The notes beneath the pieces are model-generated. The model saw nothing but the letters and a program-made list of their open reading frames with translations, was not told where the DNA came from and did no database searches. DNA of 64,000 nucleotides. It comes from Octopus vulgaris (lineage: Eukaryota). Shown piece by piece: positions 24,055 through 35,900 of the stretch. The DNA lies in the NCBI GenBank assembly GCA_951406725.2, contig OX597819.1:135470001-135534000 (forward strand), in the 5' to 3' direction. Made by a program: the position numbers and the translations under genes. How positions within the stretch are numbered: position 1 is the stretch's first letter; every line of letters starts with the position of its first letter.

Positions 24055-24938
24055 TATGTATCTGTATGTAGGAGTATATATGTGTGTGTGTGTATGTATA
24101 TGCGGGTATATATATATATATGTATATTTATTGGTGTATATGTATAGACTAGCCTCCTAAAGTGTAGACACGAATCTGTAGGTACGAGTACGTATGTGTA
24201 TATACGTGAACGTATGTAGATGTTTGTATGTATGAATATAACGCGTGCGTACGTGTATGTGTATGAGTGTACGAATGGGTGAATGTACGTGCTAATGAGT
24301 GTGCGTGCGGGAATGAGTACTTGCCTTCTAGTAGACAGACAAATGGACATGCAGCCATTGCCAGGATTCTTAGCCCTAGCGATCAAAGATAACAAAAGTA
24401 ATAAATGAAGATAATAAAATTAAAATTAGGGAATGGGCCTGTATTGGATTGTATATATATATATATGTATATGTATATTTGTATGTATGTATGTGTGTAT
24501 GTGTAGGTATGTATAGGTACACATGCGTATGTGTATGTGTATGTATATATGTGTGTATGTATGTATGTGCACACATGTATATATATGTATGCGTGTATAT
24601 GTTTATATATATATATGTGTACATAGGTGTATGTGGGTGTATGTATATATAGGTGTAAATATGTGTATATAGGAAACTAGGTGTGTTGTGTGTGCATGAG
24701 TGTATGTGCGTATGAATATATATTTTTATGTGTATATATGTATGTGTGGTCGTGGGTATATATATATATATATATACATGTGTGTATGCGTGCATGCATG
24801 GGAGTGAGTGTATGCATATATACGTGTGTGTATGTGTAGACAGGTATAGGCATGTGCATGTGTATAAATTTGTATATGTGGGCGGGTGTATGTATGTGTG
24901 TATGTAGATATGTATGTATGTGTGTACATATGTATATG

Positions 24939-24980
<42 letters not shown>

Positions 24981-25364
24981 ATATATATGTGTATGTATGT
25001 ATGTGTGTGTAGATACGTATACATGTGTGTATAGGTATAAGTGAGAATCTCCTTATTTACCTATAACTCTATCCCCCTTTTTATATATATATATTTTTTT
25101 TTATATATATATTTTATATATATATTTTTTTATATATATTTTTTATATTTTTTATTTTTTTTTATTTTTTTTATTTTATTATTTTTTTATTTTTTATTTT
25201 TTTATTTTTTTATTTATCTATTCTTTCATCTAACTTACCACTGACTCCTTGACCACTCCCCCAAGTATGATACTTTTGCGCTATGCCTACCCCCAAAAAG
25301 TCCCCCACCACCACTCCTTTAAACCTGCCTAAATGTATAAATGCTAATACAATTCTTGTTAAAT

Positions 25365-25415
25365 AGCTTCCTGAAGATTTCTCTTGAATGAAACAGTACT
25401 AGTCCTGTAGAAGCT
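25365..25415 (+). ncRNA. Type I hammerhead ribozyme (right arm)
   Basis: AGCTTC-CTGAAGA-tTTC tctt GAAt-GAAA-CAG tactagtc CTG-TA-GAAGCT; 6-bp stem I; predicted cleavage after GUA at 25409. Confidence 0.8.
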
Positions 25416-25445
25416 CCTTCTATATAATAAACTAATATAAATATA

Positions 25446-25534
<89 letters not shown>

Positions 25535-25603
25535 CTGTGTGTATGTATGTATGTATGTATGTATGTATACTCTTTTGCCCGCTAGCATAAATAGATGGAC
25601 GTA

Positions 25604-25738
<135 letters not shown>

Positions 25739-25747
25739 CATACATAA

Positions 25748-25980
25748 GGGCGGCAAGCTGGCAGAAACGTTAGCACGCCGGGCGACATGCGTAGCCGCAT
25801 TTCGTCTGCCGTTAAGTGTTCTGGGTTCAAATTCCGCCGAGTTCGACTTTGCCTTTCATCCTTTCGGGGTCGATAAATTAAGTACCAGTTACGCACTGGG
25901 GTCGATGTAATCGACTTAATCCCTTTGTCTGTTCTTCTTTGTCCCCTCTATGTTTAGCCCCTTGTGGGTAGTAAAGAAAT
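25748..25980 (+). mobile_element. tRNA-derived SINE with MetaSINE-like central domain
   Basis: GGTTCAAATTCC B-box; GCCTTTCATCCTTTCGGGGTCGATAAATTAAGTACC resembles the Meta domain (recognised from memory). Confidence 0.75.
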
Positions 25981-25989
25981 ATATATATA

Positions 25990-26320
25990 TGGCTCAGTGG
26001 TTAGAGCGTCGAGCTTACGATCGCGAGGTTGTGAGCTCGAATCCCGGACCGGGCTGCGCGTTGTGTTCTTGAGCAAGGCACTTTATTTCACGTTGCTCTA
26101 GTTCACTCAGCTGTAGAAGTGAGTTGCGACGTCACTGGTGCCAAGCTGTATTGACCTTTGTCTTTCCCTTGGATAACACTGGTGGCGTGGAGAGGTGAGG
26201 CTGGTATGAATGGGCAACTGCTGGTCTTCCATAAACAACCTCGCCCGGACTTGTGTCTAGGAGGGTAACTTTCTAGGTGCAATCCCATGGTCTGTGTCGT
26301 GACCGAAGGGGGTCTCCGAA
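25990..26320 (+). mobile_element. tRNA-derived SINE
   Basis: TGGCTCAGTGG A-box, GAGCTCGAATCC B-box; body shared with 73-322. Confidence 0.8.
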
Positions 26321-26699
26321 TATATATATATATATGAATATGCACATAAAAATGCTCTTCTATTGCCATTTATGTTTATTTTCTCAAACCATTATATAAA
26401 CTATAAAAATGTGTCCAGCATTTTTATAAGAATAGAAAGGTTGAACTAAAGATATTTGAGGAAATTTAAAGGAAGAAAATTATACCTAATTATACCCGAT
26501 GGAATTTTATATCTCAAGGAAAGATTTTAATTTATAAGTCAATTTTACAGGAATAAAAAAATATAAACTCTTTTTTCTTCATATAATTTAATGCAATCTC
26601 TACAATAAATCGCTGCCTTCAGCTAAAAAAAGGAAATATTTTACATTAATTTTTAATTTCATGTGTATATTTGACAAGTACCGATTAATATTCCTGAAT

Positions 26700-27030
26700 G
26701 CGGTAAATGATTCAATTCGTCTAACTCACTTCAGAGCTTCAAACTTTGTGCTGTGCTTCTAAAGATGTGGATCTCTGTTATTCAGTGGTTGATGGCATCT
26801 ACGCCTCTTTCTATAATCCTGGTGCGATATTTCCCTTGGCAATATTGACAGTGTCGGAATAAAGCCCTGGGTGGTGTGGTCTGAAAGAAATGCTTTTTCA
26901 GTCTGAGGTGAATCTGTCTTCTAGTTGATCTGATGTATGTGGCTTCACAAGACTTCAGATCTGGTTGACCACTTTTGAATTTAAACAAAGCCAGAGAGGT
27001 CAGATCTTCTGATGCTGTTTTTCAACTTAT
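26700..27030 (-). pseudogene. Degenerate PLE-type GIY-YIG fragment
   Basis: FKFK..SCEATYIRSTRRQIHLRLKKH resembles Y..C..YIG.T.R.L..R..EH. Confidence 0.5.
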
Positions 27031-27152
27031 TTTCCCTCAATGTAAACCCAGTTTTTATGTCAATGCCTCCGCTTCCTCCATTTCCTCCTTCTCTTATTCT
27101 TCTCTTAGCCTATATTATTAAGTCTACTATGTGTGTGTGTGTGTAATATATA

Positions 27153-27700
27153 CTAGCAGTCACCCATCCTTTGTCTCGGCGTGTAGTGTACACAAATGTA
27201 TTCATAAAGCATCTATCGTAATGCTTATGTATTAAGATCTTAGTTAAAGGTTACAAGTCGATACTCTTCACAAGAAAAAGTTCTAAATTCCAAGCTGACT
27301 TGTCGTTACTTTGATGTTTCCTGTTCTCTTGAGAAGGCATTTTTATCTGCGTTACTTTGAAGTTGTTCTGTTAACGTATATTCTGTTAAGCTGGCTTTTC
27401 TAATGGCTTGAGACTCGAACCTCTGTCGTTTCCCCTCTGGTGTCTCTTGTTCCCTCCAGCAGGCTTGCCTAGTTGTTTGAAACTGATGTTTTACTTCCTG
27501 TTGCTGTTGTGTCTCTACGACATTTCTTTGTCTACGTGCCTGCCCTACCTTTCTTCTTGTGTCTCCATACACCTTCAACTTCGGGAGCTTTAGACTTCAG
27601 ATGATTGAAAAATATTATGTTGTCTTCTACGCATCATACTGAATGTTCTGAAGTAAAATATCTAAAAAAAAGTCCACAATAAATCCCGTAACATGCATTT
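27153..27700 (-). mobile_element. Helitron-like remnant
   Basis: Minus-strand ORF with STPR-like repeats (REQETPEGKRQRFE, REQETSK) and a same-strand terminus ending CTGCTAG next to TA. Confidence 0.5.
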
Positions 27701-28130
27701 CATTTTTGTTGTTTCTAAATTCAATCACGTGACTTTATTTCATTCGTTTACCAAACTTCATAAACATCAGTTCAATAAATTTTCATTTATCATTATACAT
27801 CTATATGTATGTGTGTGTATACACACATACATAGGCATACATATTTATATACACCTATGCTTGTGTGTGTGTGTGTGTGTGTATGTGTGTCTGTGTGAGT
27901 GGGTAAATGTGTGTTCGTGCCTGTATGTTTCTTTACATTTCGTTCATCGATGAATTGTGTAAAAATTATGTTCATCTCAGCAAAGAAAATATTTTGAAAA
28001 CAAATGAATTTAATATTGACAAACAATAAAGAAGTGAAATGGGACCAGTGCGTGTGTTAATGATATTGGCATAATGACTCCCTGGATACTACAAAATTCA
28101 TATATGTATATATCTGTGTATATAGTCACA

Positions 28131-28460
28131 TGAATGGCTGTGTGGTAAAAAGCTTGCTTCCGCACCACATGGTTCTGCGTTCAATCCCTTGAAGCCTTGA
28201 GATTGAATTTGGTAGATGGGAAGTGAAAGAAGCCCGTCGCATATATATACGTGTGTGTTTATATGTACTCTTCATCATCGATTGGCGACCGGTGTTGGTG
28301 TGTTTACATCGCCATAAATTTGCGGATCGCTTAAGAATACTGATAGAAAAAGTACTAGGCTGAAAAAATGTCCGGGGGTCGATTTGTTCAACTAGAACCC
28401 TTCAAGGTGGTGCAACAGAATGGTCGCTGTCAAATGCCTGAAACAAGTAAAAGATTTTTA
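28131..28460 (+). mobile_element. Degenerate tRNA-derived SINE, same family as 2467-2857
   Basis: TGGCTGTGTGGTAA..CCACATGGTTC..; 3' CTGAAACAAGTAAAAGA. Confidence 0.75.
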
Positions 28461-28923
28461 AAAATGAATATAAATGTGTATGTGTGTGTGTGTGTGTGTA
28501 AAAGTGATAAAGTCAAGTTTCATGTATTTAGTGTCTGTAACTGTAACTCCCTCCCACTCCTTTTGCTGTTTTAGCTTTCATTCTGATGTGTCTATAAATT
28601 GTCTTTACAACTTCTACACTTCCGAAATTCAAATTGTAAACCCAGTGTTTATTTCAATGCCTCCGATTCCTCCATTTCCTCCCTCTCTTATTCTTCTCTT
28701 AGCCTATGTTATTAAGTCTACTATGCGTATGTATGTGTGTGTATAATATATACTAGCAGTCCCCTGGCCTTTGTCTCCGTGTGTAGTGTACACAAATGTA
28801 TTCATGTATTAAGATCTTAATTAAAGGTTAGTAGTCGATACTCTTCACAAGAAATAGTTTTAAATTCCAACCTTAAGTACACACGCCCACACACACACAG
28901 AGACAAATTTACAGAAAACAAAA

Positions 28924-28989
<66 letters not shown>

Positions 28990-29572
28990 TATATACATAT
29001 ACATATACATATATACATATATATATACATATATATATATATATACATATATATATAGTCATGTAGTCACATGATCGACGATACTGTCAGATGTTACGCA
29101 TCACTGGTCACAATGTGCTTTGCATCGTTTTACGTTTTGAATGATGCCACTCCACTGGTTAGGAAAGCAGGCGAACATTTGGAAGCTGTGGGAAAGGAAG
29201 GGCATTGCAAGAATCAAACCAACGATCTAGCTATTGTGAGGGTAACACCCGAATCACTATGCCATACGGCTACTCACACATGCACACGGGTATACACATA
29301 CATAGACTTATATATATACGTTTATGCAAACAAAGCAATCATTTTGCGCCTTTTCTCCATACTACCATGGGTTGTATGAGTATATTATCAATCCATTCTT
29401 TTTGCATCTGGATCCCCTTCATGTTATTAACCCTTACCTGTTGTTCAAGGGATCACTTATTCCAATGGTTTGTCTATTAACAGGGAAAATGATAATCTAA
29501 TCGTTCATAGCTGAGCAATTTTCAGTAACAGCAAATGGAAACATACACACACACACTCAAGCAGGTGTGTGC

Positions 29573-29786
<214 letters not shown>

Positions 29787-30117
29787 TACGTACACTCACA
29801 CACACACAAACACTTCATTTTGTCAGTTTTTTCACTGGTACTCAGATTTTGTCCAGTGGTGTACGATGGGCTTCTCTCAGATTATCTCTATTTAATCCAC
29901 TCAGAAGCCTTGATCAGCCATTGGATTTAGAAGAAGGTACTTGCCCAAGGTGTCATACAGTGGGACAAAACTGGTGGTTGGCGTTTGGAAGGGTATCCAG
30001 CAGTAACATACATGATAAAATAGACAATAGCCCAGGGAATTTTTTCTACCTGGCCTGCTCCTGTCATCCATCTTACTCATGAATGGATGAAAAGTGGACG
30101 TTAAGTGATGATGGCAA

Positions 30118-30182
<65 letters not shown>

Positions 30183-30780
30183 TGTATGTATGTATGTATA
30201 TATAAGGGAAATTTATTAAATAATTATGAATAGTCATGAAGATATTTGCAAAAATCTATAAAGTAAGAACTTGTTGATAGTGTCTGATTTGATCCCATCT
30301 ACTTTGCTAGTGTTTCGACAAAGATCAATACTGGAGGTTTTATTGAACAAACTCTTTCATTGATTCTTTTACTGGTTTTTGTAAATTTACCTTTCTTTGG
30401 AGAATCAGTTTGTCTTTGATATAAAGTGCCCTCCACCGTAGCTGGGGTATGATCCACAGATTTATAGCTCAAGATGTACGCTGCCTCTACGTAGCTGATC
30501 AACAGACTGTACGTTCCAATATTGAGGGTTTAAGTGTAACCAGTCAATCTGTAATCTAACCTAGATACACAACACAATGACTGTTGTTAGGTTTATTAGT
30601 GTCAAGAAGAACATTCAGCTATGAATAATACTTTAGATAAACTGAAGTTTACAATATCAATGTTATCTTTTGCAAGATTTTAGAACCATCAACTTCTGTT
30701 TATTGTTGTTTAACTCATTTTATAAGTTTTTAAAAACTGTTTTGTTTTCTTTCTTTTTTGACTGATTTTATTCAAAAGAC

Positions 30781-30858
30781 ATGGGAAGTATCATAGAAAA
30801 AATTAGGAATGATGACGTCAAAGGAGTGGAAAGATTAATTAAAAAGGATCCAACAATA
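30781..30858 (+). CDS. Probable first coding exon of a host gene (MGSIIEKIRNDDVKGVERLIKKDPTI), possibly ankyrin-repeat-like
   Basis: Polypyrimidine tract and AG at 30777-30778, ATG at 30781, 26 open codons, phase-0 GTAAGT donor at 30859; non-repetitive context. Product assignment is inference. Confidence 0.55.
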
Positions 30859-31699
30859 GTAAGTTGTTCTGTTTATTGCTTTCTCAAATTTGACTGTTTA
30901 TTATTTTATACCCAATATGAAATGTTTTATACACTATATGAAAAGTAGCCACATATATTTGTCCATGATATTTAATTTCTTTCTTCACCTCTTTTCTCTA
31001 ATCCTCATCATCGACATTTTTATAAATATTTAACCAAACATTACGACATGACAGAATTGATGGAATGTGAGTGAGAAAGAAATCCATCACACACTGCAAT
31101 GGGGTGTTCTGGCGGGAAGTATTCAGTCAGTCCAAGAGATGAGAGACAGATGGAGCCGATAAATGGATGGTGACTTTTTAAAGAAGTCCTCTTGCCATAC
31201 AAATTCGAAGGTTTTACTGGTGTCAAGGGCTACACCATTTTTTACAGAATTTTTTTACACATATGAAAACATTGGTTTGTCACATAGAAATCAAACCCCA
31301 CTTTATAAAACTGTACTGGTGTTCATTGAATCTAGAAAGACACCTAAAGGGACAAAGGTAATTTTTTAATGGAGTTTTATTTACTATTTAAATATTGGAA
31401 GTTAGAATGACAGGATGGCACTCAATAGATGGGATAGTGTCTGCAGGAATATAGAGCAGGGCTTCTCAAAGTGGTCAATACCACCAATGTGTGGGGGCCG
31501 TGGGAACATTTTATATTAGTTTATCTATATATGACACTCCAAGAATATATAACTGAATTTGGCAGAAGCCTCGTATTAAAGGTTAAATAAGTAAAAAAAG
31601 TGAAGTGATGATGCATCAAATATTTACTTATTGTGAGGTGGTGTTGTGGTAAGTAGTCAGCCACCAGGGTGGCGAAAAAGATAAATAAATACCCCTTTC

Positions 31700-32665
31700 T
31701 CGCCGAAAATGTTTAGGAGTTCCCCAAGATGTACATAGGATCGGGACAGTTACAATTTCGCCTGTCATCTGTAGTTGAGGATTTTAAAGTAGCAAAATGT
31801 AGTGTTGTAATGATGTAGAGAAACTCTAAGGACGAGCTTGTCAGACATGCAGGTATTACCACAAGCTGTGGGTAACTAGCACCGCTGTCGTTCAGGCAGA
31901 ACGCATGTTGGAGCTACGCGTCATAATTGGAGCAACGTGTTGGTGTCGAAAGGGACTTGGCTCTTCTTAATTCCAACAATGGAAGAAAGCAGGCACCAGG
32001 GAGAGGCGGGTTATGACTCAGAAAGCATTGTGCTACCAGGAGGAAGATAAAAGGAAATAAAGAGCTGTGGAGTTGGAATCTCTGGGTGCATGGACTAAAT
32101 GGGATCTCCCTAAGAGGAAGCTCACATGGACTGACCTGTGGAGGCTGCAACATTTGCACATCTCCTTCCTGCATGGAGCTGTGTATGACACACTCCCGAC
32201 ACCAACAAACCAGCACAGATAAAGTTTGAGGGAAGACCAGCTTTGTAGACTTTGTGGGAAAGGGGCACTCTGGCACACATCTTGGCAGGGTGCAGAATAA
32301 CACTTTCTCAAGGCAGATACAAATACTTGCTCACACCCTGGAGCAGTAAAGGTGTAAGAAACATCATCACCAAGGGAAGATAACTGCCGCAATTAAGTTC
32401 GTGAAAGAGTGAGAGAAACCAGTAAAGCCAGCAAAAGCAATACATAGCCTGCTGCAAGGGTCTCAACTATGGGATATGAAGGTAGACGTAGGGAAGAGAT
32501 TGCAGTTTCCCTAGGTTGTCCATACAACCCTGAGGCCTGATGTGGTCCTGTGGTCTGAAAAGGCCCAGAAAATTACCATAATTGAACGAAAAGTCACGTG
32601 GGGAGCGGGTTGTAACGAGGCCCATGAACGGAAGTGTGACAGATATAAGAGGTTGCTGCAGGCTC
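31700..32665 (+). pseudogene. Degenerate HERO-like (restriction-like endonuclease) non-LTR retrotransposon 3' fragment
   Basis: Manual translation across stops and frameshifts: LSSVVEDFKVAK, GAWTKWD, AVYDTLPTPTN, CRLCGK..TLAHILAGC..SQGRY zinc knuckle, TTLRPDVVLWSEK..IIE.KVTW..EAHERK. Confidence 0.82.
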
Positions 32666-32799
32666 CATTCACTTTGGTGAATAGATAAAATACACCCTTA
32701 CAGGTGTTATTAACTCGTAAATGTGTGTGTGTTTATGTGTGTGTGTGTGTGTGTGTATGCATGTGTATCTATGTTAGTGTGTGTCCCTAACTGCTAATT

Positions 32800-32960
32800 G
32801 ATAACCGGTGTTGGTGTATTTGCATCCCTGTTACATAGTTTTGAAGCAAAAGAGAGATATAGGTTGCTGCTAATTAGACAGAAAAGGGATCACACATAAA
32901 AGACAAAATCGAGGAGGAGCCACAGCATGGCCGCAGTCTCAGGACTGAAACAAGTAGAAG
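32800..32960 (+). mobile_element. SINE 3' portion leading into the satellite
   Basis: ACCGGTGTTGGTG; CAGCATGGCCGCAGT..GACTGAAACAAGTAGAAGA matches the SINE 3' end. Confidence 0.7.
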
Positions 32961-35900
32961 AGAGAAAGAAAAAGAAAGAGAAAAAGAAGAGAGGAAGAGA
33001 AAAATAGAAGAAGGAAAAGGATAATTGAAAGAAAACTATAGAGAGGACATAAGGAGAAACGAAACAGAGAAAAAGAGAGAGATAAAAGGAGAGAAAATAT
33101 AAAGAGAAGGAGATTGAAAAAAGAAAACGAGAGAGGAAAGAAAGGGAAAGAGAAAAAGAAACGAGAGATAGAATGAGTGAGATAGAGGAAGAATGATAAA
33201 AAGAAAACGAGAGGGAGAAAGAAGGAAAATAGAGCCTGACAGCAAGAAAGGAAAGAGAGAAAGAGAGAAATGAAAGAATGAGAGAGAGGAAAAAGGATCA
33301 AAAGAAAACGAGAGGGAGAAAGAAGGAGAAAGAAGCGAGTGAGCGAGAATGGAAAAAGAGAGAGAAAAGGAAACGAGAGAAAAAAGAGAGAAATGAAAGA
33401 GTGAGAGAGCAGAAGAAGAAAAAAACGAGGGGGACAAAAAAGGAGAAAAAAGCCTTAGAGCGAGAAAAGAAAGAGAGATAAAAAGAAACGAGAGGAAGAA
33501 AGAGAGAAATGAAAGAGTGAGAGATAGGGGGAAGTATAAAAAGAAAATGAGAGGGAGAAAGAGGAGAAAAAACGGAGAGAGAGAAAAAGAAACGAGAGAA
33601 AAAAAAGAGAGAAATGAATGAATGAGAGACAGGAAGAATGCAAAAAAGGAAACGAGAGGGAGGGAGAAGGAGATAAAAGCGAGAGAGCGAGAAGAAAAGG
33701 AAAAAGAGAGAAAAAGAAACGATAAAAACATTGAGAGAAATGAATGAGTGAGAGACAGGAAGAATGATAAAAAGAAAACGAGAGGGAGGGAGAAGGAGAT
33801 AAAAGCGAGAAAGCGAGAATAGAAGGAGAGAGCGAGAAAAAGAAATGAGAGAAAAATAGAGAGAAATGAATGAGTGAGAGACAGGAAGGATGAAAAAATG
33901 AAAACGAGAGGGAGGGAGAAGGAGATAAAAGCGAAAAAGCGAGAATAGAAGGAGAGAGCGAGAAAAAGAAACGAGAGACAAATAGAGAGAAATGAATGAG
34001 TGAGAGACAGGAAGAATGATAAAAAGAAAACGAGAGGGAGAAAGAAGGAGATAAAAGCGAGAGAGCGAGAAAAAAAGGAGAGCGAGAAAAGAAAGAATGA
34101 GAAAAAGAAACGAGAGAAAAAAAGAGAGAAATCAATGAGTGAGTGACAGGATAATTAAAAAATGAAAAAGAGAGGGAGGGAGAAGGAGATGAAAGCGAGA
34201 AAATAAGGAGAGAGCGAGAAAAAGAAACGAGAGAAAAATAGAGAGAAATAAAGGAGTGAGAGACACGAAGAATGATAAAAAGAAAACGAGAGGGAGAAAG
34301 AAGGAGATAAAAACGAGAGAGCTAGAAAAGAAGGAGAGAGAGAGAAAAACAAGCGACAGAAACAAAGAGAGAAACGAATGAGTGAGAGACAGGAAGAATG
34401 ATAGAAGGAAAACGAGAGGGAGAAAGGAGATAAAAGCGAGAGAGCGAGAAAAAAGAATGAGAGAGAAAAAGAAACGCGAGAAACAAAGAGAGAAATGAAT
34501 GAGTGAGAGACAGGAAGAATGATAAAAAGAAAACAAGAGGGAGGAAGAAGGGGATAAAAGCGAAATAGCGAGAAAAAAGGAGAGAGAGAAAAAGATACGA
34601 GAGAAAAATAGAGAGAAATGAATGAGTAAGAGACAGGAAGAATGATAAAAAGAAAACGAGAGGGAAGGAGAAGGAGATAAAAGCGAGAGAGCGAGAAAAA
34701 AAAAGAGAGAGAAAAAGAAACGAGGGAAAAATAGAGAGAAATGAATGAGTGAGAGACAGGAAGAATGATAAAAAGAAAACGAGGGGGAGAAAGAAGGAGA
34801 AAGAAGCGAGTGAGCGAGAATGGAAAAAGAGAGAGAAAAGGAAACGAGAGAAAAAAGAGAGAAATGAAAGAGTGAGAGAGCAGAAGAAGGAAAAAAAACG
34901 AGGGGGACAAAAAAGGAGAAAAAAGCCTTAGAGCGAGAAAAGAAAGAGAGATAAAAAGAAACGAGAGGAAGAAAGAGAGAGATGAAAGAGTGAGAGATAG
35001 GGGGAAGTATAAAAAGAAAATGAGAGGGAGAAAGAGGAGAAAAAAAGGAGAGAGAGAAAAAGAAACGAGAGAAAAGAGAGAGAAATGAATGAATGAGAGA
35101 AAGAAAAAAGGAAAAAAGGAAACGAGAGGGAGGGAGAAGGAGATAAAAGCGAGAGACCGAGAAGAAAAGGAAAAAGAGAGAAAAAGAAACGAGAAAAAAA
35201 TAGAGAGAAATGAATGAGTGAGAGACAGGAAGAATGATAAAAAGAAAACGAGAGGGAGGGAGAAGGAGAAAAAAGCGAGAGAGCGAGAAAAAAGGAGACA
35301 CAGAGAAAAAGAAACGAGAGAAAAAAAGAAATAAATGAATGAGTGAGAGACAGGAAGAATGATTAAAAGAAAACGAGATGGAGGGAGAAGGAGATAAAAG
35401 CGAGAGAGCGAGAAAAGAAAGAGAGAGAAAAAGAAACGAGAGAAAAAAAGAGAGAAATGTATGAATGAATGAGAGACAGGAAGAATGATAAAATGAAAAC
35501 GAGAGGGAGGGAAAAGGAGATAAAAGCGAGAAAGCAAGAAAAGTTGGAGGGAGCGAGAAAGAGAAACGAGAGAAAAAATAGAGAGAAATGAATGAGTGAG
35601 AGACAGGAAGAATGATAAAAAGAAAACGAGAGGGAGGGAGAAGGAGATAAAAGCGAGAAAGCGAGAATAGAAGGAGAGAGCGAGAAAAAGAAACGAGAGA
35701 AAAATAGAGAGAAATGAATGAGTGAGTGACAAGAAGGATGAAAAAATGAAAACGAGAGGGAGGGAGAAGGAGATAAAAGCGAGAAAGCGAGAATAGAAGG
35801 AGAGAGCGAGAAAAAGAAACGAGAGAAAAATAGAGAGAAATGAATGAGTGAGAGACAGGAAGAATGATAAAAAGAAAACGAGAGGGAGAAAGAAGGAGAT

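Larger units (their letters stand above)
17906..25436. mobile_element. ~7.5-kb palindrome of two head-to-head 3' fragments of a Penelope-like element (Naiad-like GIY-YIG)
   Basis: Arms 17969-21710 and 21716-25436 are reverse complements around the 5-nt loop TGCCT; mirrored ORFs in the track (21314-21640 minus and 21786-22112 plus are identical). Confidence 0.92.
27041..28870 (+). repeat. Diverged direct repeat pair (27041-27293 and 28635-28870)
   Basis: TGTAAACCCAGT..CTCTTATTCTTCTCTTAGCCTA..TACTAGCAGTC..GTCGATACTCTTCACAAGAAA..TAAATTCCAA occurs in both. Confidence 0.9.

Noticed and set aside
25990-26060. tRNA gene (also 250-322 and 2790-2857)
   Set aside because: A/B boxes run into SINE bodies; no convincing cloverleaf or Pol III terminator
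31457-31505. Possible hAT-like terminal repeat CAGGGCTTCTCAAAGTGG
   Set aside because: No partner TIR or TSD found
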